DNA of 37,005 nucleotides from a virus (IMGVR_UViG_3300033487_000316:1-37005); one strand, 5' to 3'. Counted from the first letter of the stretch, positions 27,749-35,305 are shown. Program-made: numbers and translations. The notes: generated by a model from the letters alone, not told the origin.

Positions 27749-27800
27749 AAAAATTTAAGGCAATAGAGCATTGACTTACTGTATAGATTTGTAATACACT
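27749..27800 (+). promoter_or_regulatory. Rightward promoter AAAAATTTAAGG-N10-TTGACT-N18-TACACT
   Basis: Carries both repeated motifs; GGAGG RBS at 27807 and ATG at 27819 follow. Confidence 0.75.
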
Positions 27801-27818
27801 TGTTTTGGAGGTGGGCAC

Positions 27819-28001
27819 ATGGCAGAACAAACTCGCAGAACACCGTTGCAAGTCAGCCCGACCGATCGAGATCTGGAAAACATCAAAGTCATCGAACAGG
27901 CTCACCCTGAATTTGCAACAACGGCGGATGTGCTACGGCACGCTTTGGAGACCACGCGACGTGCTTCTGAGCGCGAGCTGCAAACGCTATCGGCGACGTA
28001 A
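27819..28001 (+). CDS. Putative ribbon-helix-helix regulator
   Basis: 60 aa, beta-strand LQVS then two helices (TTADVLRHAL); first gene of the rightward operon. Confidence 0.6.
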   Translation: MAEQTRRTPLQVSPTDRDLENIKVIEQAHPEFATTADVLRHALETTRRASERELQTLSAT

Positions 28002-28101
28002 ATGAAAGCCGTGAGTGGGGCGACACTCACGGCCGGGGAAAGTCAGGCAGAAGATTCTGCCTTACACCCCGATCATACCACAAGGAAAAGGGGAAAGTCA
28101 A

Positions 28102-28590
28102 ATGAAGATAAAGCAGTGTGTTGTAGTCATCCACGGCAAGCGCTGCACCAATCAGCGGCGACCGGGCAGCCGATCGTGTGGCTGTCACGGGAAGAAGAAA
28201 TTCCGCTCAGTCAGGATTCGGCCACAGTCAGGCCCGATCTTCATCGAGGCAGCCTCCCCCTTATCCATACCAGAAGATCAGACTTACTCCGTCAAGCACG
28301 TGGATTACTCATATCCCGTGGTCGTATTTAATCCGGCAGTGGGATTGTTGCGAGTATCAAATCTACCTACCAATGCTCAGGAGCTGGGCGAGTTTGTCGC
28401 TCAGTGGCTGAGAAAACCAGGTCATATCCTAGAGGATGTCTACCGCATCGCTCCGAGCAAGATCCAGGTTTGGCCCGACGATTTTGGGTTGACAGCTATC
28501 AAGCTCCTTGAGCGTGATACTCCTCCCCCCGCCGGCTATCACATGGCCTTTGCAGGTACGGCACTGGTCGCTTTGGCGGTTCCAGAATGA
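28102..28590 (+). CDS. Hypothetical protein with N-terminal Cys/His cluster
   Basis: Start reassigned to 28102 (AAGGGG RBS); C..GKRC......CGCH. Confidence 0.65.
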   Translation: MKIKQCVVVIHGKRCTNQRRPGSRSCGCHGKKKFRSVRIRPQSGPIFIEAASPLSIPEDQTYSVKHVDYSYPVVVFNPAVGLLRVSNLPTNAQELGEFVAQWLRKPGHILEDVYRIAPSKIQVWPDDFGLTAIKLLERDTPPPAGYHMAFAGTALVALAVPE

Positions 28591-28997
28591 CCAGCATTCC
28601 ACAGGCCACCCTCGACACCTATGCGGCCACTCCGGCGACCATCACCTCGCGCAGCGGTCACATGCTCTATGTTACCTATTCCGGTAAAGCGTATTCAGTC
28701 TCGACGATTTACTGCACGTGCTCCGATGTCGAAGCGGCTCTCTACCGCACTGGGCGGGAAAGCGACGACAGCTATCAGGCCGTGTTGGTCTGTCCAAATC
28801 ACGGGACCCATACCTCAGCAGCTCTACCCTGCGGAAACCCGACAGTGCGCGGCGAGACGATCTCTCCGCGACAGGCCGGACGTATCTTTGGTTACTCAGA
28901 ACAACTGGCGCGATCTGCGGCAAAGCGCAGCAAAGTCCCGCAATGGGGCTTCAACTCGAATGCCGGCTCTGGAACTAACGATCGAGAGTCCGGTTAA
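28587..28997 (+). CDS. Hypothetical Cys-containing protein
   Basis: ATGA overlap; CTC and CPNH motifs. Confidence 0.6.
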   Translation: MTSIPQATLDTYAATPATITSRSGHMLYVTYSGKAYSVSTIYCTCSDVEAALYRTGRESDDSYQAVLVCPNHGTHTSAALPCGNPTVRGETISPRQAGRIFGYSEQLARSAAKRSKVPQWGFNSNAGSGTNDRESG

Positions 28998-29028
28998 TAT
29001 CTAGTTAGCCCGCTATTCGGAGGTAGGC

Positions 29029-29292
29029 ATGGCAGATATGCTTTTGGTAATTGGTTCTTCTCTTTCCGGTTCAGATGTGTCAGCGAAAGACCGTTCTACC
29101 ATCTTTAATAAGGTCGAGGCGCATGTTGGTGATCCTGTTGAACTGTCTCGTGAGGCATGGCAGGCAATCACCTTTGCGGCGAAGATGGAATTTTTACGCC
29201 AGTGCCGCAAACAGGCGCGGGCTAACAAGCGCGTGCAGCCGACGCGCAGGGCTGGCAAGTCTGGTACATCAAAATCTAATGCGCGCGGCTGA
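29029..29292 (+). CDS. Cassette 1 hypothetical protein
   Basis: GGAGG RBS; C-terminus (ANKRVQPTRR...) is read through the attC. Confidence 0.7.
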   Translation: MADMLLVIGSSLSGSDVSAKDRSTIFNKVEAHVGDPVELSREAWQAITFAAKMEFLRQCRKQARANKRVQPTRRAGKSGTSKSNARG

Positions 29293-29312
29293 CGCGCAGA
29301 CCGTTAGCCCGC
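29217..29312 (+). repeat. attC-like site
   Basis: GCGGGCTAAC-AA-GCGCGT(G)CAGCCG(A)CGCGCA...TGCGCG-CGGCTG-ACGCGC-AGACC-GTTAGCCCGC. Confidence 0.85.
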
Positions 29313-29328
29313 TCGAAAGAAGGAAATC

Positions 29329-29574
29329 ATGGAAGAAGAAATCAGAGGCAGGGGCATCAAGTTACACAATGACTATGCAGCCGCACTCGGAAGGCTGTTT
29401 GCAGAATGCCCTAAATCCGTGTTCGCCGCCATTGCTGTAAGTGCTCTAACGTGTGGCGGAGAGCAATTGCAGGACGCGCAATATCAGGTGTGGAATGAAT
29501 GGCGCATCCTGCACGAAAATGGAATCGTAGAGCAGAAGCCCCCGGCGAAGCCAGAATGTGCGCCAGCCGCTTAA
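29329..29574 (+). CDS. Cassette 2 hypothetical protein
   Basis: AAGGA RBS, 81 aa. Confidence 0.75.
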   Translation: MEEEIRGRGIKLHNDYAAALGRLFAECPKSVFAAIAVSALTCGGEQLQDAQYQVWNEWRILHENGIVEQKPPAKPECAPAA

Positions 29575-29591
29575 TTCAACCGTTGGGCCGC
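29566..29591 (+). repeat. attC right-half remnant
   Basis: GCCGCTTAATTCAACCGTTGGGCCGC; no matching left arm seen. Confidence 0.5.
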
Positions 29592-29611
29592 AACTCTCTT
29601 GCGAGGATAAA

Positions 29612-29890
29612 ATGATAATCTCAGCATCAATCGTGGTCATGGGGCGCAGGCTGTATAAGTGCGAGACGTGCGGAAAAACTATCTTTGCGTCTCACGTCCG
29701 TCTCTATGGCAGCGCAGAACAAGGCGATCCGCCGTTCGTGGTACGCATCCATCCAGAATGTGCAACCCGTGAAGTGCTCGTAAAACTTCAAGCGGCCAAA
29801 CACCGCGTGAAGCCGAACGCCGATCATGCGTCGGTAATGTATCGGGTTAAAACTGCCGTCTCTGCTGTTGGTGGCGTCGGCTTATGCTAG
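29612..29890 (+). CDS. Cassette 3 small Zn-finger-like protein
   Basis: Start 29612 (GAGGA RBS); CETC...HPEC; C-terminus runs through the attC. Confidence 0.7.
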   Translation: MIISASIVVMGRRLYKCETCGKTIFASHVRLYGSAEQGDPPFVVRIHPECATREVLVKLQAAKHRVKPNADHASVMYRVKTAVSAVGGVGLC

Positions 29891-29903
29891 TCCGTTAGGT
29901 GGC
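29792..29903 (+). repeat. attC-like site
   Basis: GCGGCCAAAC-ACC-GCGT(G)AAGCCG(A)ACGCC...GGCGT-CGGCTT-ATGC-TAGTCC-GTTAGGTGGC. Confidence 0.75.
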
Positions 29904-29919
29904 TACTTGGAGGCCAGCA

Positions 29920-30126
29920 ATGTGCAACATTCAACTGTTAGGGCAAAACAATGTCGGAAAAGTGTATGGGTGTGAAACGCACGACCTGCGATTTGTAGTC
30001 ACTTGGCGGCAAATGAACTCTGGGTCAGCGTCGCCCTCGCCGGACAAGTGCCCGGAGAACGCCGCCCAACAAGGGCGTGAAGACCGACCCGCTACGCCGC
30101 CGACAGCGCGGGATGAATCAAAGTAA
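29920..30126 (+). CDS. Cassette 4 hypothetical protein
   Basis: Start 29920 (GGAGG RBS); ends inside the attC loop. Confidence 0.6.
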   Translation: MCNIQLLGQNNVGKVYGCETHDLRFVVTWRQMNSGSASPSPDKCPENAAQQGREDRPATPPTARDESK

Positions 30127-30159
30127 CGCGGGCGGCTTATGCCCGTGCCGTTGGGCGGC
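30061..30159 (+). repeat. attC-like site
   Basis: GCCGCCCAAC-AA-GGGCGT(G)AAG(A)CCG(A)CCCGC...GCGGG-CGG-CTT-ATGCCC-GTGCC-GTTGGGCGGC. Confidence 0.85.
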
Positions 30160-30164
30160 ATATC

Positions 30165-30431
30165 ATGGCACTACCACCAAGCAAAGAATTAGTATTCTGC
30201 ATAACGTTTCACAAAAGCATCCACGCTGGACACGATGACGAATGGTGTATCTGGCTACGTGTTGATGGAAATCGTTTTGAGTATTACGGAAAGAGCACAA
30301 AGTCACATGCAGACGCTAAGGCAAAGGCAACCCGCATCGCTGCCAAAGGTAAGCGCATGTGTTCTTTCGTCAGTGAAGAAGAAATGAAAAAAGGGACTGC
30401 ACATGAAGAAGAAAATTTACTTTACGCTTAA
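30165..30431 (+). CDS. Cassette 5 hypothetical protein
   Basis: ATG a few nt after the attC core; AT-richer than the backbone. Confidence 0.65.
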   Translation: MALPPSKELVFCITFHKSIHAGHDDEWCIWLRVDGNRFEYYGKSTKSHADAKAKATRIAAKGKRMCSFVSEEEMKKGTAHEEENLLYA

Positions 30432-30561
30432 CTCCATTGGGCGAAAGTTTGCATACCCAATGCTATCGGGACGTTCTTTGGTTGTTTCACAAAGCATCGC
30501 GCGTTTGTTCTTTGGGTTAGCAAATCTCTGCTGCCCAACACACTGGAACAGGAGGCCATAG
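30403..30561 (+). CDS. Small hypothetical protein (52 aa; below the ORF-track cutoff)
   Basis: AAAGGGA RBS, MKKKIYFTLNSIGRKF...; stop abuts the next ATG. Confidence 0.4.
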   Translation: MKKKIYFTLNSIGRKFAYPMLSGRSLVVSQSIARLFFGLANLCCPTHWNRRP

Positions 30562-30792
30562 ATGATGGCAATTAGAAAAAAGCGGACAACCCAACAGATC
30601 GATCGGGCCGGCCTAAACGGTCGCCGGCGCTGGTGTCCATCCTGTCAAGAGATGATCGGCACGCAGCGCGGTAGATTCAACCAGCACGGATCAACTATGC
30701 CTGGAAAAGAAGTGTACTGCCGGATGAGCGGAGAGAAAGTCGGGGCGCCTGTACCCACAAAGCCAAAGCCTATGCCGCGTAGGAAGCACTGA
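30562..30792 (+). CDS. Basic hypothetical protein with CPSC...H...C motif
   Basis: AGGAGG RBS. Confidence 0.65.
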   Translation: MMAIRKKRTTQQIDRAGLNGRRRWCPSCQEMIGTQRGRFNQHGSTMPGKEVYCRMSGEKVGAPVPTKPKPMPRRKH

Positions 30793-30793
30793 C

Positions 30794-31891
30794 ATGCGCA
30801 AGTATTTCATTGCAGTTAAGACCGGCCTCAGCCAAGATCCACGCCATCAGAAAAGGATGGGTAATCGTATCTGGCTGTTCCTCTTCATCGTCGATCATGT
30901 GGATTGGGAAACAGGCCGGATCGATTCTTGGACGGACGAATGGGCAGCCAGTGAAATGGATATGTCCAAGGCGACGATCAAGCAGCAGCGCCAGGAATTG
31001 CAAACGCTGGGCTATATCACTTGTCAACAGCTCAAGCGCTGGCAGCGTATTACGGTGCATAACTGGCAGAATCCGCGCTCGGCGACACGTGAGATCATCA
31101 ACAAAAAGCCTGTATTCGGCGATGAGTACAAGCGCAACCCCCCAAATATGGCACAGGCAGCAGTAGTCAAGGGTGATGGAATTACCTCCCCCTTGGCAGA
31201 AGAGGCCAAGGGGGAGGTCAAGGGGGAGGTCAAGGGGATAGGTAAATACCCCCCTCTTCCTATTAAAGATCAGATTGATCACATTGATCACACACTCAGT
31301 GGGTTTGAGGTCTGGGATGCTATTGTCCCTTATCTGGAAGCGAAGTTTAACGGCAGCTATGCGAGGCTAAATCCTCGTCTGCATTCGGTGGATGACCCGC
31401 GTATCTTGACAGTGTTCGTGAATGAGGCCGACCGGTATATCAAGGGTTCGATCGGGAAACTGGCGAAGATGGTCAGCGGTGAAAAGTGGGATGTGACGGT
31501 GACGGTCAATCCCCCAATCGTCTGCGGATCGACTCTTTTGCCAGTCCAGCAGCAGATCAATGCCCTGTCGCAGCGAATAGACCAGCTCGCCGGCGCTGTG
31601 CAGTGGGTAGACGGCGAAGACAAAGAAGCCTTGACGTATCTGGCCGAGAAGGACATCACGCCAGACCAGTTGGAGCAGATCTATCATATCGTGTACCAGA
31701 ACTCTCCCAAGTTCTGGGCAACCCGGCGCATCGGTCCAAAGACCATCGCCAAAAATATATCCCTATTGAATGGGGGGAAAAATGTCAGACCTACAACGGA
31801 TACTCGAACAGGAGCGGATAAGACTAGCGAAGCTGATCTCCGCGCCGTCGCCGCTGAAATCAACGCCGCTCGCGCCGCTCGGAAATCCTGA
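30794..31891 (+). CDS. Putative replication initiator protein (N-terminal wHTH)
   Basis: IWLFLFIVD...WAASEMDMSKATIKQQRQELQTLGYI HTH; internal iteron repeats; directly upstream of the DnaC-like gene. Confidence 0.75.
   Translation: MRKYFIAVKTGLSQDPRHQKRMGNRIWLFLFIVDHVDWETGRIDSWTDEWAASEMDMSKATIKQQRQELQTLGYITCQQLKRWQRITVHNWQNPRSATREIINKKPVFGDEYKRNPPNMAQAAVVKGDGITSPLAEEAKGEVKGEVKGIGKYPPLPIKDQIDHIDHTLSGFEVWDAIVPYLEAKFNGSYARLNPRLHSVDDPRILTVFVNEADRYIKGSIGKLAKMVSGEKWDVTVTVNPPIVCGSTLLPVQQQINALSQRIDQLAGAVQWVDGEDKEALTYLAEKDITPDQLEQIYHIVYQNSPKFWATRRIGPKTIAKNISLLNGGKNVRPTTDTRTGADKTSEADLRAVAAEINAARAARKS
31168..31243. repeat. Putative replication origin iterons within the initiator gene
   Basis: CAAGGGGGAGGT twice (31207-31230), inverted copy ACCTCCCCCTTG (31184-31195), degenerate copies at 31168 and 31231. 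Confidence 0.65.
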
Positions 31892-32582
31892 CGCAGATCC
31901 GGCCTGTGAGATGTGCGGCGGGCAGGGGTATTACTCGGTCAGTGTCCCGCTTAACCATCAACTCTTCGGGAAGGTACTGGACTGTCCCTGTACAGCGCCG
32001 GCTAGATCCGCGCGGCTGCAGGCGACCTGTGGTCTCAACTCCGCTGAGCGATCAATCACACTCGACGACATCGCAGCGGCTGGGCCGGGCACCAGGCAGA
32101 TGGTCAAAGCCGCGCAAGCGTTTATCGAAACTCCGCGCGGATTCTTGACACTGTGGGGGGGACCCGGCAACGCCAAGACGATGGTGTTACAGGCGATTGT
32201 CAATCAGGCCATCGGCTTAGGCCGCATGGCCGTCTACATTACCATGCTAGATCTGCTCGACTATATCCGCGAAGCCTATGCCGAGCGGCAGTCCCAGATT
32301 CATGAGTCCGCCTCGCGCCGGCTGAGTCGCTACGCTAACGTGGAAGTGCTCTGCATCGACGAGGTTGATAAGGTAAAGACTACCGACTGGACCGTAGAAC
32401 GGGAGACAGCCCTGTTTGATATTCGCTACCGCTCGGGTCTGGTCTGGTCGGCGGGTACTGTGCTGGCGATGAATGCCAATCCGGCCACTCTCCCCGATTG
32501 GATTTACAGCCGCCTCAGCGATGGCCGTAATACCATTATCGAGAATGCCGATCCAGACCTGCGCCGTTACATGAAGGATTGA
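31782..32582 (+). CDS. DnaC/IstB-like AAA+ helicase loader
   Basis: CEMC...CPC Zn motif, Walker A-like GGPGNAKT, Walker B VLCIDE, IYSRL; start could alternatively be 31770. Confidence 0.85.
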   Translation: MSDLQRILEQERIRLAKLISAPSPLKSTPLAPLGNPDADPACEMCGGQGYYSVSVPLNHQLFGKVLDCPCTAPARSARLQATCGLNSAERSITLDDIAAAGPGTRQMVKAAQAFIETPRGFLTLWGGPGNAKTMVLQAIVNQAIGLGRMAVYITMLDLLDYIREAYAERQSQIHESASRRLSRYANVEVLCIDEVDKVKTTDWTVERETALFDIRYRSGLVWSAGTVLAMNANPATLPDWIYSRLSDGRNTIIENADPDLRRYMKD

Positions 32583-32585
32583 CCC

Positions 32586-32807
32586 ATGCCTCCCACACGA
32601 CAACACAAGATCGACGCCTTCGCATCCACCCTGAATCTGCTCATCGACGAGCATCGCCTGATCGATCGACTCGTAACGAACGCTCTAGTGGGGCAGCCCC
32701 TCGATCTGGTACTGATCCATAAACTGGCTAACAGCATACAGGAGTGCGATACGGCCATCGCCGATCTGAAACGTATGCTAAGCCCAGAGGGCAACGAACA
32801 TGCCTAA
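32586..32807 (+). CDS. Hypothetical protein
   Basis: AAGGA RBS, operon packing. Confidence 0.65.
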   Translation: MPPTRQHKIDAFASTLNLLIDEHRLIDRLVTNALVGQPLDLVLIHKLANSIQECDTAIADLKRMLSPEGNEHA

Positions 32808-33024
32808 GTCGAAGAAGCCGGCGGCGCCGGGTTACACGCCACCCCCGATCGATCAGAATCGGCTCTACCTGCTGTACGATTCTGTGCTCGCCGGAATGGT
32901 GGTGACGACAAATAGTATCGAGGAATTTTGTGCGCTCATAGAACTATTCGAGCGTGACGGCCGGCCGCTGCTGCCGCGCACGGAATGGGAAGTGAAAGCC
33001 AATCCCTGGCTATTCAAGGTGTAA
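32800..33024 (+). CDS. Hypothetical protein
   Basis: GAGGG RBS, overlap with upstream gene. Confidence 0.65.
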   Translation: MPKSKKPAAPGYTPPPIDQNRLYLLYDSVLAGMVVTTNSIEEFCALIELFERDGRPLLPRTEWEVKANPWLFKV

Positions 33025-33028
33025 GCCA

Positions 33029-33280
33029 ATGAGCAATCTCAGTCCGTATGACGAACTACTCCTATCTCTCGATGGCAGCCGGCCCGAGGCGATCGATCTC
33101 TTTGGAGCCGTGGATGTCCTACGCGATCAAGCCGTATCCAGAATCTGCGGTACATCAGCCCGGGTCACCATGCCCCTGACGCATGGCGACATTCTCGAAA
33201 TCGTCCTAAAACTAAACGGTCTATCAGATGAAGAGATCATAGCCTACCGACCCAAGAGGCGAAATGCGCTCGGTATCTAA
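33029..33280 (+). CDS. Hypothetical protein
   Basis: AAGGTG RBS, operon packing. Confidence 0.65.
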   Translation: MSNLSPYDELLLSLDGSRPEAIDLFGAVDVLRDQAVSRICGTSARVTMPLTHGDILEIVLKLNGLSDEEIIAYRPKRRNALGI

Positions 33281-33539
33281 CAAACTCCATGTTGGAAAAC
33301 GGCCCGGGAAATCTACTAGCGGGCGTGACCATGCCTACGATAAAGGACGCGCGCCGGGCAAAGCACAGTCCGTCTACTCGCCACAGTGCATCATCCAGAT
33401 CACGCGGAGCTATGGTCTCTGCGCCAACTGCGGAAAAGAACACGATCTCATCAATAACTACTGTGCGGTTTGTCGGGCAAATTGCGCCAATGAGGCGCAG
33501 TGCATGAACCCGCGCAGATTAACAGGAGCCAGTCAATGA
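33264..33539 (+). CDS. Zn-finger-like hypothetical protein
   Basis: CANC...CAVC; stop overlaps the MTase start (ATGA). Confidence 0.55.
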   Translation: MRSVSNKLHVGKRPGKSTSGRDHAYDKGRAPGKAQSVYSPQCIIQITRSYGLCANCGKEHDLINNYCAVCRANCANEAQCMNPRRLTGASQ

Positions 33540-35305
33540 TTGAAAGTGTGTGGCACGGTTGTTACGATCAGACTCTAAAAGGCATTATCACGCCAGAATC
33601 ATTCAGGCATCCGGCGAAGATGGGAAAAGTCCTGTGCGAACGTATCTTTGATCACGGAAACCAGATGGGCTACTGGCAGCCAGGCGATGTCATCGGCGAA
33701 TCCTTCGGCGGCATCTTCACGGTGGGTATCCTCGGTTCCTACCGCGGCTACCAGGTGATTGGTGTGGAACTCGAACCGCACTTCCACGATCTAGGGCTGG
33801 CGAATATCGACAAGAACCTCAAGAAGTTAAACCATCTGGGCAAGCCCATCCCGATCCTAGTTCAGGGTGACTCCCGTCAGTTTGCCGAGATTATCAGGAC
33901 GGTACTGCCGTTCATTGGCGCAGAGCACGCGGCCGGCGTCGTGACCAGTCCTCCGTATATGAGAGATCATGGTGAGAGTGGGATAGATCAAACTAAATTG
34001 AATGGGCATACTACAGGCATATATTCTCAAGCGTTTTCAAATGGATACGGTGACACCTCCGGCCAGATCGGCGCGTTGGACGGCAACGACTTCGATCAAG
34101 TTTCCGGCGTCATCACCTCGCCACCTTTCTCGCAGCCACAGACCCGCGACCGATCGGAAGTCTCGCCCGGTCTCATCGCAGACGCCATGACCCGCGCCTA
34201 CACCGTGGATCGACAGGGGACCACCGAGGGTAACATCGCGGCGCTGGCCTATGACGACATCGACGGTGTGATCACTTCTCCCCCGTTTGAAAGGACTTTG
34301 GCGCGTGAGCTTGTCGATGCAGACGCGCGCCGTGAGTATGCCCGTGCCCACGGCATCAGCAATGCCGAGCACGTCTCAGTAATCGATATGGAGCGCACGG
34401 GAGCACGCGATCAGGAGTATGGAAACACTGCCGGCCAAATTGGCGTGTTAAGTGGTGGGGAGATTGACGGGGCTATTACTTCGCCGCCGTATGCTGACCA
34501 GTCAATCGCCAAATCAAGCACCTCGATCGATTACCAAAAGCAATATGAAACCTATCGCAGTCAGGGAGGCGGAGCGTCGTTCGAGAAGTTCGTCGCTACA
34601 CAGAAACTGCATAGCCAAGAGTATGGCACAGCGGATGGGCAGATCGGTGTACTGCCCTCTCGGACAGACGACAACAATGAGAAAGAAACCTACTGGCAAG
34701 CAATGGCCCAGGTCTATCAACAGATCTGGTTAGCGCTCAAGCCAGGCGGGGTGGCGGCTATCGTCGTCAAAGACTACATCCGCAATAAGCAGCGGGTGCT
34801 ACTGTGCGACCAGACGGCCAGCCTCTTAGAGCGCCTGGGCTTTACCATCGTCGAGCGCACGCGCGCCATGCTGGTCAAAGAACAGGCGCAAGCCTCGCTC
34901 ATGCAGATCGAGGATACCAGTACCACCACCACCAATCTACTCGGCGATACATCCGCGCAGGTAGGCGCCGAGATCGGAGAAGTGGCCGTCAGCGAGCGGG
35001 TCGAGCGCTTATCTTTCTTCCGCCGGCTGCACGGCAAGAAATACCCTCACCTCAAGATTGAATGGGAGGAAGTAATTTGGGCGCAGAAGCCGGGCCAGAA
35101 TGGGGGGGGGATTGAAGGGGTTGTTACCTCGCCACCGTATGGCGATGGATCAGCAAATCATGGAGGAAACATCAACAACTCAAAAATGTATATCACTGGC
35201 GGAAAATTATACGGTGTCGGATTAGAAGACTTCCATTCTGTAGCTCGATATGGTGAAACGCCCGGCCAGATCGGACAGTTGAAAGAAGGAGATATACCCA
35301 CATGA
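33536..35305 (+). CDS. DNA amino-methyltransferase-like protein (N4-C/N6-A) with five TSPP[Y/F] modules
   Basis: Start 33536 (AGGAG RBS); HPAKM, degenerate motif I (GESFGGIFT..GVELE), QGDSR, TSPPY/F five times, LKPGG..IVVKD. Confidence 0.85.
   Translation: MIESVWHGCYDQTLKGIITPESFRHPAKMGKVLCERIFDHGNQMGYWQPGDVIGESFGGIFTVGILGSYRGYQVIGVELEPHFHDLGLANIDKNLKKLNHLGKPIPILVQGDSRQFAEIIRTVLPFIGAEHAAGVVTSPPYMRDHGESGIDQTKLNGHTTGIYSQAFSNGYGDTSGQIGALDGNDFDQVSGVITSPPFSQPQTRDRSEVSPGLIADAMTRAYTVDRQGTTEGNIAALAYDDIDGVITSPPFERTLARELVDADARREYARAHGISNAEHVSVIDMERTGARDQEYGNTAGQIGVLSGGEIDGAITSPPYADQSIAKSSTSIDYQKQYETYRSQGGGASFEKFVATQKLHSQEYGTADGQIGVLPSRTDDNNEKETYWQAMAQVYQQIWLALKPGGVAAIVVKDYIRNKQRVLLCDQTASLLERLGFTIVERTRAMLVKEQAQASLMQIEDTSTTTTNLLGDTSAQVGAEIGEVAVSERVERLSFFRRLHGKKYPHLKIEWEEVIWAQKPGQNGGGIEGVVTSPPYGDGSANHGGNINNSKMYITGGKLYGVGLEDFHSVARYGETPGQIGQLKEGDIPT

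Larger units (their letters stand above)
29004..30539 (+). mobile_element. Integron-like gene-cassette array (attC cluster; no integrase in window)
   Basis: GTTRRRY cores at 29004, 29303, 29582, 29894 and 30150, each followed closely by an ORF (RBS evident for the first four); three full attC-like hairpins and two half sites. Confidence 0.75.

Noticed and set aside
27666-27905. N-terminal part of the listed 121-aa minus ORF
   Set aside because: Crosses the divergent promoters and overlaps the RHH-like gene
29217-30159. Hairpins as CRISPR repeats, tRNAs or simple terminators
   Set aside because: Not identical repeats, spaced by whole genes, no cloverleaf, no U-tracts; attC architecture fits better
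33930-35300. MTase repeats as a diversity-generating retroelement
   Set aside because: Repeats are conserved at protein level with divergent codons, show no adenine-specific TR/VR pattern, and no reverse transcriptase is in the window
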